A DNA stretch of 64,000 nt, taken from an uncultured Acidobacteriaceae bacterium (lineage in GTDB: Bacteria; Acidobacteriota; Terriglobia; Terriglobales; Acidobacteriaceae). The position numbers were made by a program, and so were the translations under genes. The stretch covers positions 2,187,614-2,251,613 of the forward strand of contig OY970305.1 in NCBI GenBank assembly GCA_963716385.1, in the 5' to 3' direction. Positions 56,405 through 64,000 of the stretch are shown piece after piece (positions within the stretch are counted from its first letter, which is position 1; each line of letters starts with the position of its first letter). The notes beneath the pieces were generated by a model, which had not been told where the DNA came from, did no database searches, and saw nothing but the letters and a program-made list of their open reading frames with translations.

Positions 56405-57921
56405 AGAAGAGCAGAAGGTCATTTCTACTGCGCGTGTTCAAGGAGCAGAGCGGCCAGTTGCTCCCTTTGTTCGCAATTATGACCGTCGTGTTTTTTGGAC
56501 TCGCGGGCATTACGATGGATCTCGGCAAAGCCTACGTTTGCTACCGCGAACTCCAGTCTTCAACCGATGCTGCCGCGTTGGCGGGTGCGCAGGCCTTGTC
56601 CGCAGCCAATGCCACAAAAACCACTGTCTCGACCGCTGTGACGAACTTCAGTTCGGTTTCCCCCGGTGTCAACGTCAATGCGAATCTTCCCAGTACAACA
56701 ATCACTACGACCTTCAAGTGTCTGACGAGCCTGGCAAACGCGGGCATTTTGTGCGCCTCCTCGAATACCGGCTTTAACGCCATTCAGGTGACTCAGACAG
56801 CCAGCGTCCCGACGCTCTTTATCCGCGTCCTTGGCGCCATTGGCATCAATTCAGCCAAGTTCATCAATCTATCCTCCACTGCCACCGCGGCCATGCGGGG
56901 ATCGGGCGCGCAATACAACGTAGCCATTGTCACCGACACAACCGCGTCGATGAATAATCAGGACAATGACGCCAACTGCGGTAGCACGAGGATTGCCTGT
57001 GCGCTGCAGGGTATCCAGACGCTGCTGCAAGGTCTTACGCCATGCGCGGGGATTAACACGACAACCTGCGTGCCGTTCGACCAGGTGAGTATCTTCACGT
57101 TTCCGAACATCCAGGCGAACACGGCAAAGTACGACACCACCTGCAGCACCACGAGTCCTACAAATCTGCCGTACTCGACGCCTGTGCCAGGGGCGACGTG
57201 GGTAGACACCAATTTTTCAGGGACTGCCCCGACCTACCAGATCACGAGTTACCTGAGCAACTACAACTCAAACAACCTGCCGGGCGGTGCATTCAATACG
57301 TCATCTCCCATCGTGATTGCGGCCGGGGCCGGGCAAACTTCGGGCGGAAAGGGCGGCAGTTCATGCCCAGGGTTGGCAGCCCCGGGTGGCGAAGGAACAT
57401 TCTATGCGGGCGCAATCTATGCCGCGATCTCGTCGCTGGTGGACGCCCAGATCAATAATCCCGGCTCCGAGAATGCGCTGATCATTCTCAGTGACGGCGA
57501 CGCGAATGCCACCAACACTACCTCACACGGCGTAGTCACAAAAGGGATTTCAGCATCGAACGGGCTCACGTTGACGTCGACCGGCGTGTATCCATCCTTG
57601 AAAGATCAATGCCAGCAGGCGATCACCGCGGCCAATACTGCAAAGCAGATACCGAACACTACGGTTTTCACCATCGCCTATGGCGCCTCCAACTCGACGT
57701 CGGGTTCCTGCTCCACCGATTCCCCGTCCATCTCAGCATGCTCGGCTCTGCAGCAGATGGCCACCAGCTCGGCGACCTTCTACTCCGACGCGACGGCGGC
57801 CCAGAACAAGGGCCAATGCGTGTCCTCAGTGAACAGCAACTTCAACTCCCTGACGGCGATCTTCCAGAACGTTGCGGGGCAGTTGCAGAATGCGCGTCTG
57901 ATTCCCAACGGCACTCAATAG
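56401..57921 (+). CDS. TadG-like Flp pilus protein with vWA domain
   Basis: SG|QLLPLF prepilin-like site, DLGKAY..ELQSSTDAAALAGA, MIDAS-like DTTAS, IILSDGDAN. ATGA overlap with the preceding gene. Confidence 0.82.
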   Translation: MKKSRRSFLLRVFKEQSGQLLPLFAIMTVVFFGLAGITMDLGKAYVCYRELQSSTDAAALAGAQALSAANATKTTVSTAVTNFSSVSPGVNVNANLPSTTITTTFKCLTSLANAGILCASSNTGFNAIQVTQTASVPTLFIRVLGAIGINSAKFINLSSTATAAMRGSGAQYNVAIVTDTTASMNNQDNDANCGSTRIACALQGIQTLLQGLTPCAGINTTTCVPFDQVSIFTFPNIQANTAKYDTTCSTTSPTNLPYSTPVPGATWVDTNFSGTAPTYQITSYLSNYNSNNLPGGAFNTSSPIVIAAGAGQTSGGKGGSSCPGLAAPGGEGTFYAGAIYAAISSLVDAQINNPGSENALIILSDGDANATNTTSHGVVTKGISASNGLTLTSTGVYPSLKDQCQQAITAANTAKQIPNTTVFTIAYGASNSTSGSCSTDSPSISACSALQQMATSSATFYSDATAAQNKGQCVSSVNSNFNSLTAIFQNVAGQLQNARLIPNGTQ

Positions 57922-58065
57922 ACTCCGGATGGGGGCCGGAGGGAGAATGAGATCTCCTCCCCTCGGGGCGGGGGTTCATTGCGCCGCGTGCGGAATCACT
58001 GGGCCGGGGCCGCAAAGGCCGGCTGGGTCTCCGCTCCTCATTTCCCTTTTTCCTCGAACAAATAG

Positions 58066-58836
58066 TTATTGGTTTGGCGGGTTGACGCGATCCTGCATCT
58101 GCCGCTGCCGTTGCTGCATCTCCTCCATGATCTGCTGCGGCGTGCGCACCTGTGCGCCCGGGCCAAAGGCCGGGGGAGCGGGCGGGGCGACCGGCTGCGG
58201 CTGCGGCTGCTCGTCTGCGTCGCTGTCGCCGGAATCGTCGTCGCCAGTGACCTGGGCGGCGGCGGGTTCGGACGCGTTGCCGGTGCGGCGTGCACTGAGC
58301 ACAATCTGGCGCGGCGCGCCCTGGCCCTGGTCGCCGATCATGAGTACGTTATAGCCGGACCCGTGCAGGAGCTGGGAGAGCACGTCGTGGGCCTCGCCGG
58401 GGCCATAGGCGCCAAAGACACGTTCGTCCGGTCCCATTCCCTCCACCTTTGTTCCGGTGGCCGCCGCCACGTCGTTCAGAATCTGCTGCAGGCTGGAGTT
58501 TGCGGCTTCGATGCGCAATCCGTGGCTGTCCCAGGTGACGGTGGCCGGCGCGGGGCGGTCGTTGATGGGCCAATTGGGCTTTGCCGGCGCGGGCGGAGAG
58601 ACGGAAGCCGGAGAAGCCTGGACCGGCGAGGCGGACGGACGAGCCGCGGCGGCGGAACGAGCGTGGTGATGAGCCGTCCTGTGGGCTGCAGTGGCCGCCG
58701 GAGGACCGGCGGGCGATTGCGCGGCAAGCAGGCTTGCCCCAAAAACACCGGCAGCCAGGAGCGTCTTCAGATTCGGCGCACACTTGCGCGGAAGTCTCCG
58801 CAGGAACACCGGGCGATACGGGATGGCTGTGCGCAT
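58066..58836 (-). CDS. Exported protein with a secretin N-domain-like region and Pro/Gln-rich ends
   Basis: LRIEAANSSLQQILNDVAAATG...GAYGPG..DVLSQLLHGSGYN resembles secretin N0/STN repeats (inference). Confidence 0.6.
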   Translation of the reverse strand: MRTAIPYRPVFLRRLPRKCAPNLKTLLAAGVFGASLLAAQSPAGPPAATAAHRTAHHHARSAAAARPSASPVQASPASVSPPAPAKPNWPINDRPAPATVTWDSHGLRIEAANSSLQQILNDVAAATGTKVEGMGPDERVFGAYGPGEAHDVLSQLLHGSGYNVLMIGDQGQGAPRQIVLSARRTGNASEPAAAQVTGDDDSGDSDADEQPQPQPVAPPAPPAFGPGAQVRTPQQIMEEMQQRQRQMQDRVNPPNQ

Positions 58837-58963
58837 GGGAATCGGCTCCGCTGGGCCGATGGGAACCCCGTGGCGGCGGTTGATTGCCGCTCCACTGTAC
58901 TAGACTAACAGTGGCCCGCGGACGCTCACAAAGGCTTTCGGGGCAGAGAGGAAATCGCTGGAA

Positions 58964-59953
58964 ATGCGCCTCCGCTGGATGGGTTGGATCGGGGCTTTGC
59001 TGCTGGCTGTGCCGGTGGCCGGCCGGGCCGCGAGCTGCACGACGCAGGCTGAACTTTCGCCGCAGGATCGCAGCGCGCTGGCGGCCGCGGGCGAGCGGCT
59101 TTCCCTGGCCATTCTGCAAAAGGACTACGGCACGCTTCAGGCTCAGCTTTTTCCCGGAGTGGCCGAGGATTGGAGCGGAATTCGCGGGGCCGTGGAGCAG
59201 GGAGCGCCGCTGGTGAAGGGCGGCCAGGCCCAGATTCAGAATGTGTATCTGCTGGATGCATCGGCGGCGACCGCGCCGGCCGACACCCAGTTCTTCTGCT
59301 CCAATGCGAGCGGTTCGCTGACCGTGACGATCACGATGCGCGCGCTGCCGCCGGGGCGCTACGCGGTGGTGCTGGGGGACGCCATGGGCGCGCCTCTGGG
59401 CGGGCAGCTGGGGCTGATTCTGGTTTGGGATCCAACCGGGCCCGGTCCGGGATGGAAGCTCGGCGGGCTTTCCGTGCGGCAGGGAATCGTCGACGGGCAT
59501 GACGGTGTTTGGTATTGGACGCGCGCCCGCGCACTGGCCGCGAACGGCTCGCCATGGAGCGCGTGGTACAGCTATGAACTGGCGCGCTACCTGCTGTTGC
59601 CGGTGGACTTCATCTCTTCTCCGAATCTGGACAAGCTCGTCCAGGAGCAGGCGCAGATCAAAGGCTCGCCCATGGGCGCATTCCCCTATTCGGTTGTGAA
59701 CGGCGAGCGCACGTGGAAGATCGACTCCATCCGGGTGGACATGTCGCTGCGCGAGGCGGATCTGGCGGTGACCTACCAATCGATCGGCATCACCGATCCG
59801 GCAGCCGCGCGCACCGAGGCTGTGGCCGTGCTGAGCGCGCTGCTCAAAGCGCATCCCGCGCTCAGAGAGAACTTTCACGGACTGTGGGCAATTGCCGCGA
59901 GCGATGGCAAGGTCACGCCGGTCATCGAGTTGCCGATGGCGCAGATTCCGTAA
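58964..59953 (+). CDS. Hypothetical exported protein (329 aa)
   Basis: Signal peptide, typical codon usage, no recognised family. Confidence 0.7.
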   Translation: MRLRWMGWIGALLLAVPVAGRAASCTTQAELSPQDRSALAAAGERLSLAILQKDYGTLQAQLFPGVAEDWSGIRGAVEQGAPLVKGGQAQIQNVYLLDASAATAPADTQFFCSNASGSLTVTITMRALPPGRYAVVLGDAMGAPLGGQLGLILVWDPTGPGPGWKLGGLSVRQGIVDGHDGVWYWTRARALAANGSPWSAWYSYELARYLLLPVDFISSPNLDKLVQEQAQIKGSPMGAFPYSVVNGERTWKIDSIRVDMSLREADLAVTYQSIGITDPAAARTEAVAVLSALLKAHPALRENFHGLWAIAASDGKVTPVIELPMAQIP

Positions 59954-59957
59954 GAGA

Positions 59958-59978
59958 CAGGGACCAGGGAACAGCAGA
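59958..59978. repeat. Tandem heptamer x3 (CAGGGAC CAGGGAA CAGCAGA)
   Basis: Starts 4 nt after a stop codon; similar to the heptamer array at 4294. Confidence 0.45.
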
Positions 59979-60034
59979 CTGGCGAGCCGTTGCATGGTTC
60001 GGAGTTGATCGAGCCAACAGGGAGGAAGAACACT

Positions 60035-61084
60035 TTGGCAGACCTTATCGATTTGCGTTCGGACACTGTGACCCGCCCCACGCCGGAGATGCGCGTGGCC
60101 ATGGCGGCGGCGGAGGTAGGCGACGATGTGTACGGCGAAGACCCCACGGTGAACCTGCTGGAGAAGCGCGCGGCGGAGGCATTTGGCCGCGAGGCCGCCC
60201 TGTTTGTGCCGACGGGCACCATGGGTAACCAGATCGCGATTCGCCTGCACACCCAGCCGGGCCAGGAGGTGATCGCCGAATCGCGGGCGCACATTCTGGA
60301 CTGGGAAATGGCGACGATGGCGGTGTTTTCCGGCTGCCTGGTGCGGGCGGTCGCGGCGGAGCGGGGCATCCTGACGTGGAAGCACATTGAGCCGGCGATT
60401 TTTGGGCGGGGGTCGTTTCGCGCGGCTACCGGATTGATCGAGATTGAAAATACGGCCAATCTCGCCGGCGGTTGCGTGACGCCGTTCGCGGTGATGGAAG
60501 AGATCTGGAGCGGGGCAAAGGAGCGCAAGCTGCCCGTGCATCTGGATGGGGCGCGCATCTTCAACGCCGCCACCGCGCTGGGCGCCGACGTGAAGACGCT
60601 GACGCGAGGATTCGACACGGTGATGTTCTGCCTGTCGAAGGGGCTGTGCGCGCCGGTGGGGTCGATGCTGGTGGGATCGTCGGAGCTGATGGAGCAGGCG
60701 CGCATTTACAGGAAGGCTCTGGGCGGCGGCATGCGGCAGGCTGGCGTGCTGGCGGCGGCAGGACTGGTGGCGCTGGAACAGATGCCCGCCCGGCTGCATG
60801 AAGACCACGCCAATGCGCGGCTCCTTGCCGAGGCGCTGGCAAACATTCAAGGCGTGGCGATCGAGCCCGATGCGGTGGAAACCAATATCGTGATCTTCCG
60901 GCTGACGGGCGGGCTGACGGCGGCCGAGGTGGTGGCGCGACTCAAGAGGCGCGGCATTCTGGCCAGCGCGGTGGGTCCGGACGCGATTCGGCTGGTCACG
61001 CATCATGATGTGGACCGCGCCGCGTGCGTGGCGGCGGCCGAGGCGCTGACCGAAGAGATTGAAGCGATGACCCCGGCCAGATGA
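60035..61084 (+). CDS. ltaE: Low-specificity L-threonine aldolase
   Basis: [61 protein letters not shown]. Confidence 0.93.
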   Translation: MADLIDLRSDTVTRPTPEMRVAMAAAEVGDDVYGEDPTVNLLEKRAAEAFGREAALFVPTGTMGNQIAIRLHTQPGQEVIAESRAHILDWEMATMAVFSGCLVRAVAAERGILTWKHIEPAIFGRGSFRAATGLIEIENTANLAGGCVTPFAVMEEIWSGAKERKLPVHLDGARIFNAATALGADVKTLTRGFDTVMFCLSKGLCAPVGSMLVGSSELMEQARIYRKALGGGMRQAGVLAAAGLVALEQMPARLHEDHANARLLAEALANIQGVAIEPDAVETNIVIFRLTGGLTAAEVVARLKRRGILASAVGPDAIRLVTHHDVDRAACVAAAEALTEEIEAMTPAR

Positions 61085-61111
61085 GCGGTGCGCCCGGCGA
61101 ACCGCAGATTC

Positions 61112-61155
61112 AATTCCCTCAGCTCTCGCAGTGCAGAGCTGAGGGAATTTCTTTT
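61112..61155. terminator. Terminator between ltaE and mrp
   Basis: AATTCCCTCAGCTCT-CGCAGTGC-AGAGCTGAGGGAATT, 15-bp stem followed by TCTTTT. Confidence 0.8.
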
Positions 61156-61168
61156 TGGACAGGAGTGC

Positions 61169-61999
61169 TTAGCTGATTTCGATCACATCCGAAGCAGCTG
61201 CCGCCGTGGCTTCGGCGCGCTCCATCAGCTTTTGCGCCGCGGCGTAGAACTCCGCCGCCTGGGGGCTCTTGGGGCCGGCCAGCGCCACGGGAAGGCCGCG
61301 GTCGCCGCCTTCGCGGATGGCAGGCACCAGCTCGATCGAGCCCAGGAAGGGAATGTTGAACTGCGCCGCGGTGCGTTCCGCGCCACCCCTGGAGAAGATG
61401 TCGATCTGCTCGTGGCAGTGGGGGCAGGTGAAGTAGCTCATGTTTTCGACGATGCCCAGCACCTCGACATTGACCTGGGCAAACATCTCCAGAGCCTTGC
61501 GCGCGTCCTGCAGGCTCACGTCGCTGGGCGTGGAGACCACGACAGCGCCGGTGAGCGGTACGGTTTGTACCAGCGAGATGACCACGTCGCCGGTGCCCGG
61601 CGGCAGATCGACGATCAGGTAGTCCAGCTCGCCCCAGTCCACTTGCTGAAGGAACTGGCGAATGATCTGGTGCAGCATCGGTCCGCGCATCACCATGGGC
61701 TTGTCGCCGGGCGAGATGTAGCCGATGGAGATCGTTTTGATGCCGTGCGTGTCGTTGGGCAGGATCTGGTTGTCGGGCCCGATGCGCGGCTGCTGGGTGG
61801 AGCCCATCATCATGGGCACGTTGGGGCCATAGATGTCGGCGTCGATGAGGCCCACGCGCTGGCCGAGCCGCGAGAGCGCAACGGCTAGGTTGACGGCCAC
61901 GGTGGTTTTGCCCACCCCGCCCTTGCCGGAGCCGATTGCAACGATCTTAGACACGCCCGGCAAAGCTACGGGCGAAGGCATGGCAGCTGAATGAGCCAT
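61169..61999 (-). CDS. mrp: Mrp/NBP35 (ApbC) Fe-S cluster carrier ATPase
   Basis: GSGKGGVGKTT, DADIYGP, MRGPM, DLPPGTGD, ENMSYFTCPHC. Confidence 0.93.
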   Translation of the reverse strand: MAHSAAMPSPVALPGVSKIVAIGSGKGGVGKTTVAVNLAVALSRLGQRVGLIDADIYGPNVPMMMGSTQQPRIGPDNQILPNDTHGIKTISIGYISPGDKPMVMRGPMLHQIIRQFLQQVDWGELDYLIVDLPPGTGDVVISLVQTVPLTGAVVVSTPSDVSLQDARKALEMFAQVNVEVLGIVENMSYFTCPHCHEQIDIFSRGGAERTAAQFNIPFLGSIELVPAIREGGDRGLPVALAGPKSPQAAEFYAAAQKLMERAEATAAAASDVIEIS

Positions 62000-62052
62000 A
62001 GTTTCCGATTACTCCTTTTGAAATCCTGTGCTTCGAAACTCTGTGTTGCGGC

Positions 62053-62598
62053 CTACGCGTTTGAGGGCGGGGCGCTGTCAGTTCCGGTGTGCTGCCGGCG
62101 TTCCTGTTTGCGTCGTGCCGACTCGGCCTCGCGATGCTCGCGGCGGCGCAGCGCATCCGCATAGCGGCGCATCTCGTTAGGCGTCTCCGGCAGCAACTGG
62201 GGAATCTTCCGTGGGTGCCCCTGCGCGTCAATGGCGACAAAGACAAGGTAGGCGCTGGCCACGTGGAGCAGCACGCCCGTCTGCGGATGTTCCACCCACA
62301 CCTTCACGCCCACCTCCAGCGAACTGCTGAAGGCGCGATTGACGCTGGACTTGAGAATGAGCAGATCGCCCACATGAACCGGCTGAATGAAGTCGATGTG
62401 GTCCATGGCCGCGGTGACGACGTGGCTGCGGGTATGGCGGTAAGCCGCCATGGCGCCGGTGAGATCGATAAAGTGCATCAGGCGGCCGCCGAGCATATTG
62501 CCCAGCGTGTTGGCGTCATTGGGCAGGATGATCTCGGTCATCTCCGACTGCGTGCTGGCTACGGTGCGCAGAATCGGGTCGGTTTCAGAGGAACTCAT
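62053..62598 (-). CDS. Acyl-CoA thioesterase (hotdog fold)
   Basis: ILPNDAN.LGNMLGG.LM..ID, VTAAMD.IDF..PV.VGD. Confidence 0.88.
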   Translation of the reverse strand: MSSSETDPILRTVASTQSEMTEIILPNDANTLGNMLGGRLMHFIDLTGAMAAYRHTRSHVVTAAMDHIDFIQPVHVGDLLILKSSVNRAFSSSLEVGVKVWVEHPQTGVLLHVASAYLVFVAIDAQGHPRKIPQLLPETPNEMRRYADALRRREHREAESARRKQERRQHTGTDSAPPSNA

Positions 62599-62761
62599 TC
62601 GAGGCTTGCTCCATTCATTCGCGCGCTCTCGCGCTTCACCGTTGGCCCGCTACAATAAAGCTGGAGGCTGCCGGATCTCGCGGGCCACACTGTTCCAGTT
62701 TCGGCAATCTCCGCCGATTACGCAAATTTCTTCAGGGCGCAGCCCAGCCAGGACGAACCCG

Positions 62762-63073
62762 ATGGACAAGATCGCAGGACTGAGAGAGATTCTGGCGCTG
62801 GATGCGAAGAACAGCTTTGCGCGCTACGGCATTGCCATGGAACTGGCCGGCCGCGGCGATACGGACGAGGCGCTGAAGGAGTTCGAGACGCTGCTGGGGA
62901 ACGATCCCGACTACACGGCCGCCTATTTTATGGCGGCGCAAACGCTGGCCAATGCGGGCCGCACGGCGAACGCGGTAGAGCGGCTGAAGGCCGGCATTGC
63001 GTGCGCCGCCCGCACCGGCAACCGTCATGCCCTCAGCGAGATGCAGGCCATGCTCGACGAACTGGACCGCTAA
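62762..63073 (+). CDS. Small TPR-repeat protein
   Basis: FARYGIAME, DPDYTAAYF.AAQ helical repeats. Confidence 0.8.
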   Translation: MDKIAGLREILALDAKNSFARYGIAMELAGRGDTDEALKEFETLLGNDPDYTAAYFMAAQTLANAGRTANAVERLKAGIACAARTGNRHALSEMQAMLDELDR

Positions 63074-63175
63074 GGGCTCGGGACCACTTCGGCGCGCCCG
63101 CTCTGCAGGTGTTTGTCCGGCTTCGGGCGTGAAGTTTTGCGCCGATTTCATTCAACCCGCGTCTATACTATTGAT

Positions 63176-64000
63176 ATGCCAAAATATTCCATCGTTGTTC
63201 CTTTTCATAATGAAGAGGAGAACGTGACCGTATTGTACGCGCGCCTGAAGCACGTGATGGAGCAGGTGGGCGACAGTTTTGAGCTGGTGCTGGTGGACGA
63301 CGGCTCCAATGACCGCACCTACAAGCTGCTGGAAGAGATTGCCGCGGTAGACAGCCGCGTGCTGGTGGTCAAGCTGCGCCGCAACTTCGGGCAGACCTCG
63401 GCCCTGGCGGCCGGCTTCGACCATGCCTCGGGCGAGTTCATCTTTGCCATGGACGGCGACCTGCAGCACGACCCCAACGAGATTCCCAGCTTCATCGAGA
63501 AGCTCGAAGAGGGCTACGACGTGGTGTCGGGTTGGCGCAAGGAGCGCATCGACAACTTCATCATGCGGCGCATTCCCTCGCGCTGCGCCAACTGGCTGAT
63601 GGCCAAGCTGTCGGGCGTGGACATTCACGACTTCGGCACGACCTTCAAGGCGTATCGGCGCGAAGTGATCACCAACATCCCGCTCTACGGCGAGATGCAC
63701 CGCTTCATCCCCGCGCTGGCCAGCTGGTATGGCGCGTCGATCTGCGAAATTCCCATCAAGAACGTGCACCGCGAGCGGGGGAAGAGCCACTACGGCATCG
63801 GGCGCACCTTCCGCGTTTTCTTCGACCTGCTCACGATTCGCTTCCTGCTCAAGTACATGAGCCGCCCGCTGCACTTCTTCGGTAGCTTTGGCGCGCTGGG
63901 CATTCTGGCGGGCAGCTTGCTGTCGGCCGCGCTGCTGGGGTTGAAGATTCTGAACCCGCATCAGAACGTGATGGATCAGCATGGACCGATGTTCGTGATT
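63176..64000 (+). CDS. Glycosyltransferase family 2 (ArnC/dolichol-phosphate mannose synthase-like), runs off the window
   Basis: SIVVPFHNEEENV, VDDGSND, RNFGQTSALAAG, MDGDLQHDP, HDFGTTFKAYR, EMHRFIPAL. Confidence 0.9.
   Translation, partial: MPKYSIVVPFHNEEENVTVLYARLKHVMEQVGDSFELVLVDDGSNDRTYKLLEEIAAVDSRVLVVKLRRNFGQTSALAAGFDHASGEFIFAMDGDLQHDPNEIPSFIEKLEEGYDVVSGWRKERIDNFIMRRIPSRCANWLMAKLSGVDIHDFGTTFKAYRREVITNIPLYGEMHRFIPALASWYGASICEIPIKNVHRERGKSHYGIGRTFRVFFDLLTIRFLLKYMSRPLHFFGSFGALGILAGSLLSAALLGLKILNPHQNVMDQHGPMFVI

Overview
A GC-rich bacterial chromosomal segment that reads like a core-genome region of an Acidobacteriaceae-type organism. That assignment is an inference from gene content: single-subunit Bacillus-type SdhC, long N-terminal TonB, FecR/DUF6600-like protein, many GH3/GH78 and Tat-signal Gfo/Idh/MocA genes. 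It holds about 55 protein genes and two tRNAs. Respiration: nuoN, sdhCAB. Sugar use: GH78 rhamnosidase plus rhaT, two GH3 enzymes, a Tat Gfo/TIM-barrel pair. Translation and secretion: ileS-lspA, secG, truB, rsmA, tRNA-Leu(GAG), tRNA-Arg(ACG). Pterin synthesis: two PTPS genes plus folE. DNA repair: uvrA, uvrC, ruvC, rdgB. There is also an orphan tadE/tadG pair. I saw no transposase, integrase, prophage, CRISPR array or recognisable defence operon. The most unusual signals are non-coding or sub-genic. (1) A stand-alone unit of about 225 nt at 40.23-40.49 kb has a sigma70-like promoter, a ribosome-binding site complementary to about 17 nt of the usual 16S 3' end, a 16-aa Cys-rich ORF and a strong terminator. 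(2) A REP-like palindrome family has two intergenic copies and two decayed copies lying in frame inside uvrC and uvrA, both encoding L-[DN]-S-E-T-L. (3) Seven genes have a -10 box exactly 6 nt before the start codon, suggesting leaderless mRNAs. (4) The tandem PTPS genes both carry the C-X5-HGH motif. (5) tonB has a frameshift at a C7 tract. Start codons were refined by eye and no database searches could be run.
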